Below are positions 46,761 through 56,725 of a stretch of 64,000 bases of DNA, piece after piece (the first letter of the stretch is position 1; each line of letters starts with the position of its first letter). The notes under the pieces are model-generated. The model ran no database searches. It saw only the letters and a program-made list of their open reading frames with translations, and was not told the origin of the DNA. Source of the stretch: Candidatus Omnitrophota bacterium. Its GTDB lineage: Bacteria; Omnitrophota; Gorgyraeia; Zapsychrales; Fredricksoniimonadaceae. The translations under genes were made by a program, and so were the position numbers. The DNA is taken from positions 73,890 to 137,889 of the forward strand of contig JAUSEK010000011.1 in the NCBI GenBank assembly GCA_030650275.1. The letters are read 5' to 3'.

Positions 46761-47696
46761 ATGCCGGGCAAGCGTTATTTAGTGACAGGGGCAGCGGGAT
46801 TCATCGGCGCCGCCGTTGCCGGCAAGCTTTTAAATAACGGGCATGAGGTCTGGACGATCGATAATCTGTCCACGGGTTTTGAAGCCAATGTCCCGAAAGG
46901 TGTCCGTTTGATCAAGGGGAATTGTCAGGATCCAGAGATCATTGCCCAGCTTGAAGGCACACAGTTTGACGCCATCGTGCATATCGCCGGGCAATCATCG
47001 GGCGAGATCAGCTTTGATGATCCCGCCTATGACCTGCGCACGAATACCGAATCAACCCTGCGTTTGATCCAGTTCGGTCTTGGCACCGGCTGTGACCGTT
47101 TTGTTTATGCGAGTTCAATGTCCGTGTATGGTCCTGTGCCCGAGACAGCCATTCCGGAAACCCATGAACCCAAGCCGCTTTCTTTTTACGGAGTAGGAAA
47201 ATTAGCGAGTGAACATTATTTACGGATCTATCAGACCAAGGGCCTGAAATCCACGGCGCTTAGGTATTTTAATGTCTATGGCCCCTGTCAGAATATGCAA
47301 AATTTACGGCAAGGCATGGTCAGTATTTTTTTGGCCCAACTGATCAAGCACGACAAGGTGGTTGTCAAAGGCCCCCTGGACCGGTTCCGCGACATGATCT
47401 ACATTGATGATATTGTCAACAACACGATCAAGGTCATTGATCATCCGGGGACGTTCGCAGGAGTGTTCAATTTCGGTACAGGCGTGAAAACAACGGTGGG
47501 AGAGCTTTTGGAATTGATGATGAAACTCGGCAAGATCAAGAAAGAGATCGTCATTGCCGCCGGGACGCCGGGCGATCAAAAAGGGATCTACGCGGATATT
47601 TCCCTGGCCCGTGATACATTCGGGTTCAAGTGTGACTGGACCCTGGAGCAGGGGCTGACGAAAATGGTCCACTGGGCTAAAACAGCGCGATGGTAA
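46761..47696 (+). CDS. NAD-dependent nucleotide-sugar epimerase/dehydratase
   Basis: YLVTGAAGFIGAAV...YxxxK (YGVGK). Confidence 0.75.
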   Translation: MPGKRYLVTGAAGFIGAAVAGKLLNNGHEVWTIDNLSTGFEANVPKGVRLIKGNCQDPEIIAQLEGTQFDAIVHIAGQSSGEISFDDPAYDLRTNTESTLRLIQFGLGTGCDRFVYASSMSVYGPVPETAIPETHEPKPLSFYGVGKLASEHYLRIYQTKGLKSTALRYFNVYGPCQNMQNLRQGMVSIFLAQLIKHDKVVVKGPLDRFRDMIYIDDIVNNTIKVIDHPGTFAGVFNFGTGVKTTVGELLELMMKLGKIKKEIVIAAGTPGDQKGIYADISLARDTFGFKCDWTLEQGLTKMVHWAKTARW

Positions 47697-47707
47697 AGGC
47701 GGTTGTT

Positions 47708-48613
47708 ATGAAACCGGAGTGCCGGTTTTGCAAAGCGGGCAGTGCGGCCCAGTCCATTAAGGGAAAGAACGTGTACGGCGGCCGGCCGGACCAGCATTTC
47801 TGGCTGTGCGCGGAGTGCGGGATCATTTATCTTGATCCGCCTTTGAATGAGGATGAAGAACTTGATTTTTATAAGAAAGAATTTGAGAAGTTCATGGAGC
47901 GCCGCGCGGGGAGCGATATGGACTGGAGCGGTCCGGACCAGCATGTCCGGTCTAATCAACGGGAGGTCAAACGCCGCATGCCGTTCTTGGCCAGGCATCT
48001 GAAAGCGGGAGAGCGTGTTTTGGAGATCGGATGTTCATCCGGATTCATGTTGAGCGCCTTGCGGGAGAAGGGTTTGAACGTGACCGGTTTAGACCCCTCC
48101 GGGGGGTTTATGGATTATGTGCGGGCCAAAAAGATCCCTGTATTCCAGACCCTGGACGAACTGAAAGCGGCCGGCGCCCGAAATTTTGACGCGATCATTC
48201 ATTATTATGTTTTTGAACACATCCGTCATCCCCTTGATTTTATCAAGCAATACATGGAACTTCTTAAAGACGGGGGCCTCATGATCTTTGAAGTGCCTTG
48301 CGCCACCGACCCTCTTGTTGAGCTTTATAAGGTCCCGGCATTTGATGAGTTTTACTGGTCGGTCGCGCATCACTGGTATTTTACCCGCGATAGTTTGGGG
48401 AAGGTCCTTAAAAAGGCGGGGGTTGCTTTCGAGCTTTACCCGGACCAGCGTTATGATATTTCCAATCATATGACGTGGATGCTCGACGGCAAACCCGGCG
48501 GCTTGGCCCGCTGGAGCGCCGCTTTTGGAGAGGCGCTGGACCAACAGTACAAAGAACGCCTGAAAGAATTGTGGCTTTGCGACACCATTATTGCCGTTTT
48601 GAAAAAGACATAG
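47708..48613 (+). CDS. SAM-dependent methyltransferase with N-terminal zinc-ribbon
   Basis: CRFC...CAEC ribbon. Motif I VLEIGCSSGF. Alternative start at 47690. Confidence 0.6.
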   Translation: MKPECRFCKAGSAAQSIKGKNVYGGRPDQHFWLCAECGIIYLDPPLNEDEELDFYKKEFEKFMERRAGSDMDWSGPDQHVRSNQREVKRRMPFLARHLKAGERVLEIGCSSGFMLSALREKGLNVTGLDPSGGFMDYVRAKKIPVFQTLDELKAAGARNFDAIIHYYVFEHIRHPLDFIKQYMELLKDGGLMIFEVPCATDPLVELYKVPAFDEFYWSVAHHWYFTRDSLGKVLKKAGVAFELYPDQRYDISNHMTWMLDGKPGGLARWSAAFGEALDQQYKERLKELWLCDTIIAVLKKT

Positions 48614-48617
48614 AGAT

Positions 48618-49277
48618 ATGAAACTTCTGGCGATCATAGCGGAAAAGATGTATCTTCTCGCCCCCTTACGTCCGTTTGCCTTGCGTCTTTTAAAGAAGTC
48701 GCGGAAAAATGAGCTGGATAATGACCGCCTGCGTTCTATTTTTAAGAAGTATCATGGCGTTGAGATCGGCGCCTATAGTTATGGAGGGTGTTTTGACCCC
48801 AACAAGGTCCCGTCAGGGACAAAGATCGGCCGGTTTTGTTCATTTGCGGATGAAGTGATGATCATCCCGACGGACCATTTGGTTTCAGCGGTCTCAACGC
48901 ATCCGTTTTTGTTTAAACCGCATCTTGGGTTCATTGAAAAAGACCCGCGTCCTGCGCATGATTTAGAGATCGGCAACGATGTTTGGGTGGGGTATCGGGC
49001 TGTGATCCTCCCCGGGGTCAGAAGGATCGGCGACGGGGCCATCCTGGCCGCCGGCTGTGTGGTGACAAAGGATGTGCCTGCCTATGCGGTCATGGCCGGT
49101 GTTCCGGCCAGGGTCATTAAATACCGTTTTAACGAAACGATCGTGAAACGGTTATTGGAGGTCCGTTGGTGGAATTGGCCGGCGGAAAAGATCTTTTCCA
49201 AGGCCAGGGTTTTTTTGGATCCGGATGAATTTATGAGACGGGAGGGAATGGATGAGTTTAAAAAGAAAGGCCTTTGA
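48618..49277 (+). CDS. Hexapeptide-repeat (left-handed beta-helix) acetyltransferase, Vat/CatB-like sugar O-acetyltransferase
   Basis: Hexapeptide repeats ([36 protein letters not shown]). Confidence 0.7.
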   Translation: [219 protein letters not shown]

Positions 49278-50091
49278 TTGGCTTTCCTCTTTGGCTGTTC
49301 GCCGGGCCGTGAGGCAAGATCCTTCTTTGCGGCAGATGTGGGACCTTTCCAACAGGGTTTTGCCTGAGCTTGGAGATCATTACGCCACGGTCCACATCAA
49401 GGAGGAAGAAACCCTGCTTCGTTTGAGATTGCTTGTCTGCGCCCAGGCCTTGTTTGTCAAGAAAGTGATTGCCCGTTTGAAGGGCCAGGGCCAGCGGGTC
49501 AGCTCCTGGGTTGATGTGGGCGATTCCGACGGCGCGGCGCGGCTTTTGTTCCTTGCCGGCGTTGATCCGGGGGATGCGATCAAAACCTTGGGGGTCAATC
49601 TTGAGAAAGAGGCCATTGCCCTGATCAGAAGCAAGGGGCTTGAGGCCGAGCATATGAACGCGATGGATCTGCACAAAAAAGGGATCGGATGCGATCTGGT
49701 TTCGGTTTTTGAGACCCTGGAACATATGCCTGATCCGATCGGTTTTTTGGAAAACATGCAGGAGGTGGTCGGCGAACGGCTGTTGATCTCTGTGCCGCTG
49801 ATCGTCAGAAGCAGGGTCGGCCTGCGGTATTTGACCAAGAAATGGGAGCCCTCCAAGAAACCGGGGTATAGCAACAATCATATGTTTGAACTCTCTCCGG
49901 CGGATTGGCAAAAATTGTTCCAACACTCCGGCTGGGCCATCGACGAGGAGTGGAAGGTCCGTCAATATCCCCGCTCGGGGTTATTGAAGAATGTGATGCA
50001 GGCGGCCTGGCGCAAGATCGCTTTTGAGGGCTACTGGTTCGTTTCTTTAAAGAAGGACAAGACGTTTTCCAACCAATTTATTAAAGGTTAA
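49252..50091 (+). CDS. SAM-dependent methyltransferase
   Basis: VDVGDSDG motif I-like, and DLVSVFETLEHMPDP (the MTase motif that follows LEH). Confidence 0.55.
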   Translation: MSLKRKAFDWLSSLAVRRAVRQDPSLRQMWDLSNRVLPELGDHYATVHIKEEETLLRLRLLVCAQALFVKKVIARLKGQGQRVSSWVDVGDSDGAARLLFLAGVDPGDAIKTLGVNLEKEAIALIRSKGLEAEHMNAMDLHKKGIGCDLVSVFETLEHMPDPIGFLENMQEVVGERLLISVPLIVRSRVGLRYLTKKWEPSKKPGYSNNHMFELSPADWQKLFQHSGWAIDEEWKVRQYPRSGLLKNVMQAAWRKIAFEGYWFVSLKKDKTFSNQFIKG

Positions 50092-50095
50092 GATC

Positions 50096-51871
50096 TTGGC
50101 CGGCTGTAAAATCCATATTCTTTCAGGCCTTACTCATCGCAATGTCCCACTCAATTCGAATGGGATATTTTTCTTTTGCTCCCGCAAGCTTTCCCGCGCC
50201 GAGATCCGGGTCATCCGCTCCACAGGCCTCAAGAGGTATTATTTAAAGCCCTTATCAGCAGGGCAAGAACAAAAGTTTTTTTCCGCTTTCGGGGAGTTAT
50301 GGGAGAAGGTGGTCAAGGGCAAGGGCGCCGATGACCCCTTTTGGCGTAATGGTGTTTCTTCCAAGATGCAGGAATGGGAAAATTCAGCCGGGTATTTAGC
50401 CGTCACTCTTTTCGCCTTATCGCAAGACCCCCTGCTTGCGAAAACGGAATTGATCGTTTTACCCGACAGCGTTGAGGAAGCTTCGGTATGGCGCGCCTGG
50501 GGCTTGGCGCATGACTGGACCGTTGTTTCGTATACATTCGGTTTATGGCAGGGGATCAGGCAGGAGTTGGAGAATGGGATGAGGGCTTTACGTCTGGCCG
50601 GCCTTTTTCTTAGGAAGAAATGGCGCGCGCGGCCGCGGACTTTTCAAATAAGGCCGGGGGCTTTTTTAGTCGTGACATTGTTTTACCGTCGGGTTTTTGA
50701 TCGTCAAGAATATGAAGACCTGTTCTTTGGAGATCTGCGCAAAGAGAATGCCCGTTCGGAACGGGACATCTTTTATTTAGGGGACGCGATCGACGGACTT
50801 GAAAGCGGTGACCAAAAGCGAATGGGAAAAGAGAGCTGGCCGGTCAGTATTTACAGCCTGTTGTCCTGGCCCGATATGTTCGCGGGGTTGTCATCCGTGC
50901 TCATGGGGAGACCGCGTTTTGTCGGTTGTTCTTTTGCGGGCGTGGACTTTTCCGCTGTCCTGACGTGGCACGCGCGCCGGTCCCGCTATGATCATAACTT
51001 GACCGCCGAGTTTTTTTATCGCGCTGTGCGTCGGGCGTGTCAGAGATGCCGTTTTGATAAAATGCTTTTCGCCTTTGAGGGAAACGCGTATGAGCGCGCG
51101 GTGATACAGGCTTTCCGCCGGATGGGACACGGCGTGATCGACGCCTACAGCCACGCGGTGATCTATCCTTTAAATCTTAAATTATATCTTTCGGTCTCCG
51201 AGATCGCCCGGGCCCCGCAACCGGATCGTTACCTGGTCTGCGGCAGTTGGGTTCGGGACGCGTTCATGCGCGTCAGGCGTGTACAGGTGCCTGTGATCAG
51301 TGTTTGTTCTTTGAGGGCCATCCCCAGGACCATAGAACGGGCCGTAACTCAAAAGGAAGAAATTTTAGTGGTTTTAGACGGGGTTTGGTCCACGGTCCAT
51401 CTGGTGAACTGGCTCTATGAGAACCGGAATATTTTTACAAAATATAAGGTCTTCATCAGGCCCCATCCGAATGTGAACGGCCCGCGTCTTTTCAGCCAGT
51501 GCCCGCAATATCAAGAAGGGGTATTTGCTATTTCCAACCGGTCCCTTCAAGAGGACCTGCGGCAGGCGGCGTGTGTGCTCTATAGACAATCCTCCGTGGG
51601 AGTGACGGCCCTGATGAACGCGGTCCCTGTGATCCATTTGAGAATTGACCTGCCGCTTTCCGGGGATCCATTGGAAGGCCTGGAGGCGGGCAAGCTCTGT
51701 GTGGAAGATGCCGAAGGTTTAAGGCAGGCATTGCTTCGCATCCCTGATCTGCAGGCACAGCTCAATGATGATCAGGGGAAGGCCATTGACATCGCGCGTC
51801 ATTATTTTGACGCCTCTTCTTCAGAGCTGATCCGGCCTTTTTTAGAAATTTTTCCTTTAGCACGTTCTTGA
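50096..51871 (+). CDS. Hypothetical protein (591 aa), no confident family
   Basis: Long ORF with consistent codon usage in the operon. No motif I recognise. Possibly glycosyltransferase-like. Confidence 0.3.
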   Translation: MAGCKIHILSGLTHRNVPLNSNGIFFFCSRKLSRAEIRVIRSTGLKRYYLKPLSAGQEQKFFSAFGELWEKVVKGKGADDPFWRNGVSSKMQEWENSAGYLAVTLFALSQDPLLAKTELIVLPDSVEEASVWRAWGLAHDWTVVSYTFGLWQGIRQELENGMRALRLAGLFLRKKWRARPRTFQIRPGAFLVVTLFYRRVFDRQEYEDLFFGDLRKENARSERDIFYLGDAIDGLESGDQKRMGKESWPVSIYSLLSWPDMFAGLSSVLMGRPRFVGCSFAGVDFSAVLTWHARRSRYDHNLTAEFFYRAVRRACQRCRFDKMLFAFEGNAYERAVIQAFRRMGHGVIDAYSHAVIYPLNLKLYLSVSEIARAPQPDRYLVCGSWVRDAFMRVRRVQVPVISVCSLRAIPRTIERAVTQKEEILVVLDGVWSTVHLVNWLYENRNIFTKYKVFIRPHPNVNGPRLFSQCPQYQEGVFAISNRSLQEDLRQAACVLYRQSSVGVTALMNAVPVIHLRIDLPLSGDPLEGLEAGKLCVEDAEGLRQALLRIPDLQAQLNDDQGKAIDIARHYFDASSSELIRPFLEIFPLARS

Positions 51872-51886
51872 TCGAGAGGGGTCCTG

Positions 51887-52543
51887 ATGAGAGGGGTTGG
51901 TCATAAAAAGTGGATCGATGTCACGGTGCCTATTTGTCACGGGATGATCTCTTGGCCCAGTGATCCTCCCGTGGAAATTTCGCGGTACAAATGTATCGGC
52001 AGGAATGGGCAATTGAACAACGTTGCCTTATTGAAGATGGGGAGCCATACAGGCACGCATATTGATGCTCCCAGGCATTTTTTGAAAGACGGCCTGACCG
52101 TAGATGCCATGAGCCCTGAACTTATGGTGGGGCCTGTGAATGTTATTCAGATCAAGGACCCCGTTGCGGTCCGTGCCGCACAACTTAAAGATCAAGGAAT
52201 AAGACCGGGACAAAGGATCATTTTAAAGACGCGGAATTCTTCCACTCAATGGTGGCATAAAGGATTTAATAAGGATTTTGTATATTTGACATTGGAGGCC
52301 GCCGAATTTTTGGCCTCCCGACGGGTCAAATTGGTGGGGATCGATTACCTTTCCGTTGGCGGTTACAAACACGAAGACGGCGGTAAGGTCCATAAGGCCT
52401 TGCTGGAGCGTGGGATATGCATTGTGGAAGGCCTGGCTCTTTGTGATGTAAGGCCGGGACTTTATGATATAATGTGCCTTCCGATGAAGATAGGACAGGG
52501 GGACGGGGCCCCGGCCCGGGTTTTATTGCGCAAGAAGAGATGA
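51887..52543 (+). CDS. Cyclase-family protein (kynurenine formamidase/arylformamidase-like fold)
   Basis: GSHTGTHIDAPRHF is the signature metal-binding motif of the cyclase (KynB-like) family. Confidence 0.7.
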   Translation: MRGVGHKKWIDVTVPICHGMISWPSDPPVEISRYKCIGRNGQLNNVALLKMGSHTGTHIDAPRHFLKDGLTVDAMSPELMVGPVNVIQIKDPVAVRAAQLKDQGIRPGQRIILKTRNSSTQWWHKGFNKDFVYLTLEAAEFLASRRVKLVGIDYLSVGGYKHEDGGKVHKALLERGICIVEGLALCDVRPGLYDIMCLPMKIGQGDGAPARVLLRKKR

Positions 52544-52557
52544 GAAAGAGAACATCC

Positions 52558-53364
52558 ATGCCGGATAAAAAATTCAGTTATGAAGAGCCCCAGGAGGCCT
52601 TGAGTTCAAGAATATCCGCTCATCTGCGATATAGCGATTTTAACCTGCATGACTGGATCAGAAACAGATTTGTCATTGCTCGCGGCAGTAAAGTCCTTGA
52701 TCTGGGGTGCGGTAACGGGAATTTTACAAAGTTGTTTTGGGAATGCGTGCGGCCCAATGGGGCGGTGATCGGCTTGGATAAGAACGCGCAAGTCATCACG
52801 GATGCCAAAAAACAGAATAAGGGACTTCCGCCGTCGCTGGTCAAATATTTTGTGCAGGATTATGACCGTCCTTTCGCGGACCTTGGGATGCGGTTTGATT
52901 GGATATTCGCGATCTACTCGTTGTATTATACGGAAGACAGCGCCAGGATCCTGGATATTACAAAAAAAATGCTGTCATCGGGCGGGACGTTCGTGGTCAT
53001 CGGACCGGCCCCTCAAAATGTCCGCGATCTTACTGATTTCAGCCGGGACCTGACCAAAAAAGATCCTGATCAACAGCATTTTGGACGGATCGAACGGATC
53101 TCCAAAGAATTCCATCCGTTATTTGATCAAATGTTCGGCAAAGCCAATGTCACCTATGAAGAAATTGACAGTGTCATGACATTCCCTGACGCGCACAGTT
53201 TTGCGGAATATTACTGGTCAACGCTGTTATGGCGTGAAAGCATCCAGGGTCTTTCCGCGGACAAGATCGGGTCCCTGAAAGCGGAAACATTAAAACGGGC
53301 CTCAGCGCTCCCGGCCCTTCAGATCAAAAAACAGATGTCCTGTCTTGTCGGCAAGGTCAATTAG
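52558..53364 (+). CDS. Class I SAM-dependent methyltransferase
   Basis: Motif I VLDLGCGNGNF. Confidence 0.7.
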   Translation: MPDKKFSYEEPQEALSSRISAHLRYSDFNLHDWIRNRFVIARGSKVLDLGCGNGNFTKLFWECVRPNGAVIGLDKNAQVITDAKKQNKGLPPSLVKYFVQDYDRPFADLGMRFDWIFAIYSLYYTEDSARILDITKKMLSSGGTFVVIGPAPQNVRDLTDFSRDLTKKDPDQQHFGRIERISKEFHPLFDQMFGKANVTYEEIDSVMTFPDAHSFAEYYWSTLLWRESIQGLSADKIGSLKAETLKRASALPALQIKKQMSCLVGKVN

Positions 53365-53372
53365 GGGGGGTT

Positions 53373-54071
53373 ATGGATCTCAATTCAAAAACACGGTTGT
53401 TGATCATTGCCGCCCATCCTGATGATGAGTTATTAGGATGCGGGGGGACCATTGTCAAAGCCCTCAAATATAAAGCCAAGGTGGAAGTGGTCTTCTTGGG
53501 CGAAGGGATCTCGGCCCGTTTTCCCGTCGGCCGGTATGATTCTCCCGAATTTAAGAAATTCACTCAACAGAGAAGAAAAGAAGCGCAACAGGCGCTGAAG
53601 ATCTTGGGTGTCAAAAATGTTCATTTCGGCACAAGGCTGTGCGTCCAGTTCGATACATACCCCATGATCTCCATTGTCAAAGAGATCGAAGAGAGGATGA
53701 AGGCCTTTCGTCCCACCATGCTGTTGACCCACAATCCTTCAGAAGTGAACATTGACCATCGTATCACTTATGAAGCCGTTGAAGCGGCCTGCCGTCCGAC
53801 CAATCCGTGGGTCCCCAGGGCCATTTACACCTTTGAGGTCATCTGCAGCGGCAATTGGAAATTTGATCCATTTTTCAAACCGAATGTTTTCGTTGATATA
53901 GAAAAATATTGGCCCAAAAAGGCCATGGCGTGGCGTTGTTATAAGGGGGAGCAGAGGCCTTTTCCGCATTTCCGTTCTGAAAAAGGGCTGGAAACGCTCG
54001 CCATTTTTCGGGGATTGACGGTGGGCATCAGCAAAGCCGAAGCGTTCCGCCTGGTCCGCCGGATCGTTTAG
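53373..54071 (+). CDS. PIG-L/LmbE-family N-acetylglucosaminyl deacetylase
   Basis: AHPDDE motif near the N-terminus (LLIIAAHPDDELLGCGGT) and downstream His/Asp pattern. Confidence 0.75.
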   Translation: MDLNSKTRLLIIAAHPDDELLGCGGTIVKALKYKAKVEVVFLGEGISARFPVGRYDSPEFKKFTQQRRKEAQQALKILGVKNVHFGTRLCVQFDTYPMISIVKEIEERMKAFRPTMLLTHNPSEVNIDHRITYEAVEAACRPTNPWVPRAIYTFEVICSGNWKFDPFFKPNVFVDIEKYWPKKAMAWRCYKGEQRPFPHFRSEKGLETLAIFRGLTVGISKAEAFRLVRRIV

Positions 54072-54072
54072 A

Positions 54073-54987
54073 ATGACCTATAGCATCATCCTTCCGACAT
54101 TGAATCGCGCAAAGCTGGTCAGGAATTCACTGGCCTGTTTTGAGAAACAGACGGTCTTGCCCTATGAAGTCATCGTTGTGGATCAGAGCGATGATCAGGG
54201 CACCCGTGATATTTTTTCGGCATGGAACCCGCCGGGGATCAGGAAGAAATACATCCACCGGGAGGTCAAATCACTGATCCTGGCGCGGCATGCCGGTTTA
54301 GACGCCACAGATGAGACCGATCTGGTGACATTTTTTGATGATGACATCACGCTGGACCCTTTGTTTTGTGAGGAGATCATCAAGGTATTTATCAGCGATC
54401 AAGCGCACCGGTATGCCGGCGGCATGGGCACTGTTGCGGGTTGGAAATACCGGTTCAAACCATTTCAGGCCTTTTTTTTAATGCCGCATGAGGGCAGCGG
54501 CCGTTTTCTTGCCAGCGGGGCCCAAACGTTCCCTCACTGGAAGAAAGAATTTTCTGAAACGGAATTCCTGTCCGGCGGGTGCACATTCTGGCGACGGAAG
54601 ATCATTCAGAAATATCGTTTTGATGAACGGTTAAGCGGTTACGGCCATGCGGATGATGTGGATGTTTCGTATAGGGTCTCGCGGGACCATAAACTTTTTT
54701 TTCAACCCAAGTCGGTGTGTTATCAGATCAAAGATCCTGCGGGAAAAGATCCCGGCCGACAATATCGGCGGGTATGGATACAAAATATGTATTATTTAGT
54801 GCAGAAAAACAAATTGTCCATGGCCGCGTATGCCTGGTGCGTTGTGGGGCACATGTTGCGCGATCTGATATGCCTGGATCTCCAGAGATTTCTCGGATGC
54901 ACCGAAGGCGTATGGAATATCATCCGTGATCGCGTGGATACGGTCCAGGGATACGATGATTTTAAACACAGGACAGAGGCATTATGA
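54073..54987 (+). CDS. GT2 family glycosyltransferase
   Basis: SIILPTLNRAKLV...VIVVDQSDD...FFDDD (DxD). Confidence 0.7.
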   Translation: MTYSIILPTLNRAKLVRNSLACFEKQTVLPYEVIVVDQSDDQGTRDIFSAWNPPGIRKKYIHREVKSLILARHAGLDATDETDLVTFFDDDITLDPLFCEEIIKVFISDQAHRYAGGMGTVAGWKYRFKPFQAFFLMPHEGSGRFLASGAQTFPHWKKEFSETEFLSGGCTFWRRKIIQKYRFDERLSGYGHADDVDVSYRVSRDHKLFFQPKSVCYQIKDPAGKDPGRQYRRVWIQNMYYLVQKNKLSMAAYAWCVVGHMLRDLICLDLQRFLGCTEGVWNIIRDRVDTVQGYDDFKHRTEAL

Positions 54988-56003
54988 AGACCGGCAGGAC
55001 TAAATATTTGATCACAGGCGCGGCCGGTTTTATCGGGAGCAATTTCGTCCATTATTTATACCAGCAGCATAAGGATATTGAGGTGGTTGTGCTGGATAAA
55101 ATGGCTTACTCGGGCAGTCCGCAAAGCATCAAAGAGCTTAAGGCCTATCCCGGATTTCATTTCATTCAGGGTGATATTTGCGATCCCGCGGCAGTCAAGA
55201 AAGCCATGGCAGGAGCGCGGGTGGTGGTCAATTTCGCGGCTGAAGTGGCGGTGGACCGGTCCATCCTTGACCCGGATTCATTTCTTAAAACGGACATCAT
55301 GGGGACCTATACCCTCCTGCAGGAGGCCCGCCGGCAAAAGCAGCTGCAAAGGTTCGTCCAGATATCCACCGACGAGGTCTATGGCCAGATCCTGGAGGGC
55401 AGTTTTACGGAAAGCTCCGAATTGAAACCCCGCAACCCTTATGCCGCTTCCAAACTGGGAGCGGACCGTCTGGCATATAGTTTCTTTGTGACCTACGGTC
55501 TTCCGGTGCTTGTGACCAGATCGTCCAATAATTACGGACCGCGGGCCTATTTGGAAAAAGTGGTCCCGCTATTCATCACCAATCTGATCGACGGACAGCA
55601 GGTGCCTGTGTATGGCGAAGGCAAACAGATCCGGGACTGGTTGTTCGTGGAAGACCATTGCAGTGCCATTGATCTGCTCATTGAGCGCGGCATTAATGGT
55701 GAAACTTATAATATCGCGGGCGAACAAGAACTGACGAACATGGAATTGACGGGCCTTATCTTGAAATTCATGGGCAAGGACAAGTCATCGGTCAAATTTG
55801 TCCAGGACCGTCCCGGGCACGATTTCAGGTATAGTCTGGATTGTTCCAAGATGAAACAATTGGGCTGGCGCCAGCGGCACGGCATCAAAGAGGGGCTTCA
55901 AAAGACCATCGCGTGGTATCAGGACAATCCCGGCTGGTGGCGTCCGGTCAAGGAGCAGATGGACGCCCGTTATCCGGCCGGTTATTGGGGGGAGAAAAAA
56001 TGA
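54984..56003 (+). CDS. rfbB: dTDP-glucose 4,6-dehydratase
   Basis: YLITGAAGFIGSNFV...ISTDEVYG...YAASK motifs. 339 aa. Confidence 0.85.
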   Translation: MKTGRTKYLITGAAGFIGSNFVHYLYQQHKDIEVVVLDKMAYSGSPQSIKELKAYPGFHFIQGDICDPAAVKKAMAGARVVVNFAAEVAVDRSILDPDSFLKTDIMGTYTLLQEARRQKQLQRFVQISTDEVYGQILEGSFTESSELKPRNPYAASKLGADRLAYSFFVTYGLPVLVTRSSNNYGPRAYLEKVVPLFITNLIDGQQVPVYGEGKQIRDWLFVEDHCSAIDLLIERGINGETYNIAGEQELTNMELTGLILKFMGKDKSSVKFVQDRPGHDFRYSLDCSKMKQLGWRQRHGIKEGLQKTIAWYQDNPGWWRPVKEQMDARYPAGYWGEKK

Positions 56004-56725
56004 GAGGTGTTCTGCTTGCCGGAGGCACCGGCGCAAGGCTGCGTCCGCTGACCAATGTGACCAACAAGCATTTGCTGCCCGTGTATAAGAAGCCGATGAT
56101 CTTTTATCCGCTGCAGACATTGATCGATGCCGGCATCAAGGATATTTTGATCGTCACCGGAGGAGAGCATGTCGGGGATTTCTTCAGGCTGTTGGGGTCC
56201 GGAAAGAATTGGGGCGCGCGCTTCAGCTATGAGATCCAGGAAGGCAATGCCGGGACCGGGGCCGCTTTATTACTGGCGGAAGATTTTGTGCGTGATGAAG
56301 AATTCATGGTGATCCTGGGTGACAATGTGGTCACCGAAGATGTGTCGCGGTTCGTGAAAAGTTTTAAGAAAGAAAAAGAGCGGTTCAAGGCCAAAATTTT
56401 GATCGCCAAGGTCCCGGACCCGCAAAATTACGGGGTGGTGACCTTTAAGGGTAAAAAGATCTCCGGCATCATTGAGAAACCCAAGGACCCCCGTTCCCCA
56501 TACGTCAATACCGGTTTATGGATGTTTTTGCCCGACGTATTCGGACACCTGAAACAGCTTAAGAAAAGCCCCCGGGGAGAGTATGAGATCACCGATGTTC
56601 TGGCTTATTATGTCAAGCAGGGGCTGTTGACGTACTCCGTTTTAAGGTCCGCGTGGACCGATGCCGGTTCGTTTGATTCTTTGTATAGAGCAACGGTCCT
56701 GATGAGGCGGCTGGAATCAAGATGA
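56000..56725 (+). CDS. Sugar-1-phosphate nucleotidyltransferase (RmlA-like, short form)
   Basis: GVLLAGGTGARLRPLT...KHLLPV signature of glucose-1-phosphate thymidylyl/uridylyltransferases. ATGA overlap with rfbB. Confidence 0.7.
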   Translation: MRGVLLAGGTGARLRPLTNVTNKHLLPVYKKPMIFYPLQTLIDAGIKDILIVTGGEHVGDFFRLLGSGKNWGARFSYEIQEGNAGTGAALLLAEDFVRDEEFMVILGDNVVTEDVSRFVKSFKKEKERFKAKILIAKVPDPQNYGVVTFKGKKISGIIEKPKDPRSPYVNTGLWMFLPDVFGHLKQLKKSPRGEYEITDVLAYYVKQGLLTYSVLRSAWTDAGSFDSLYRATVLMRRLESR

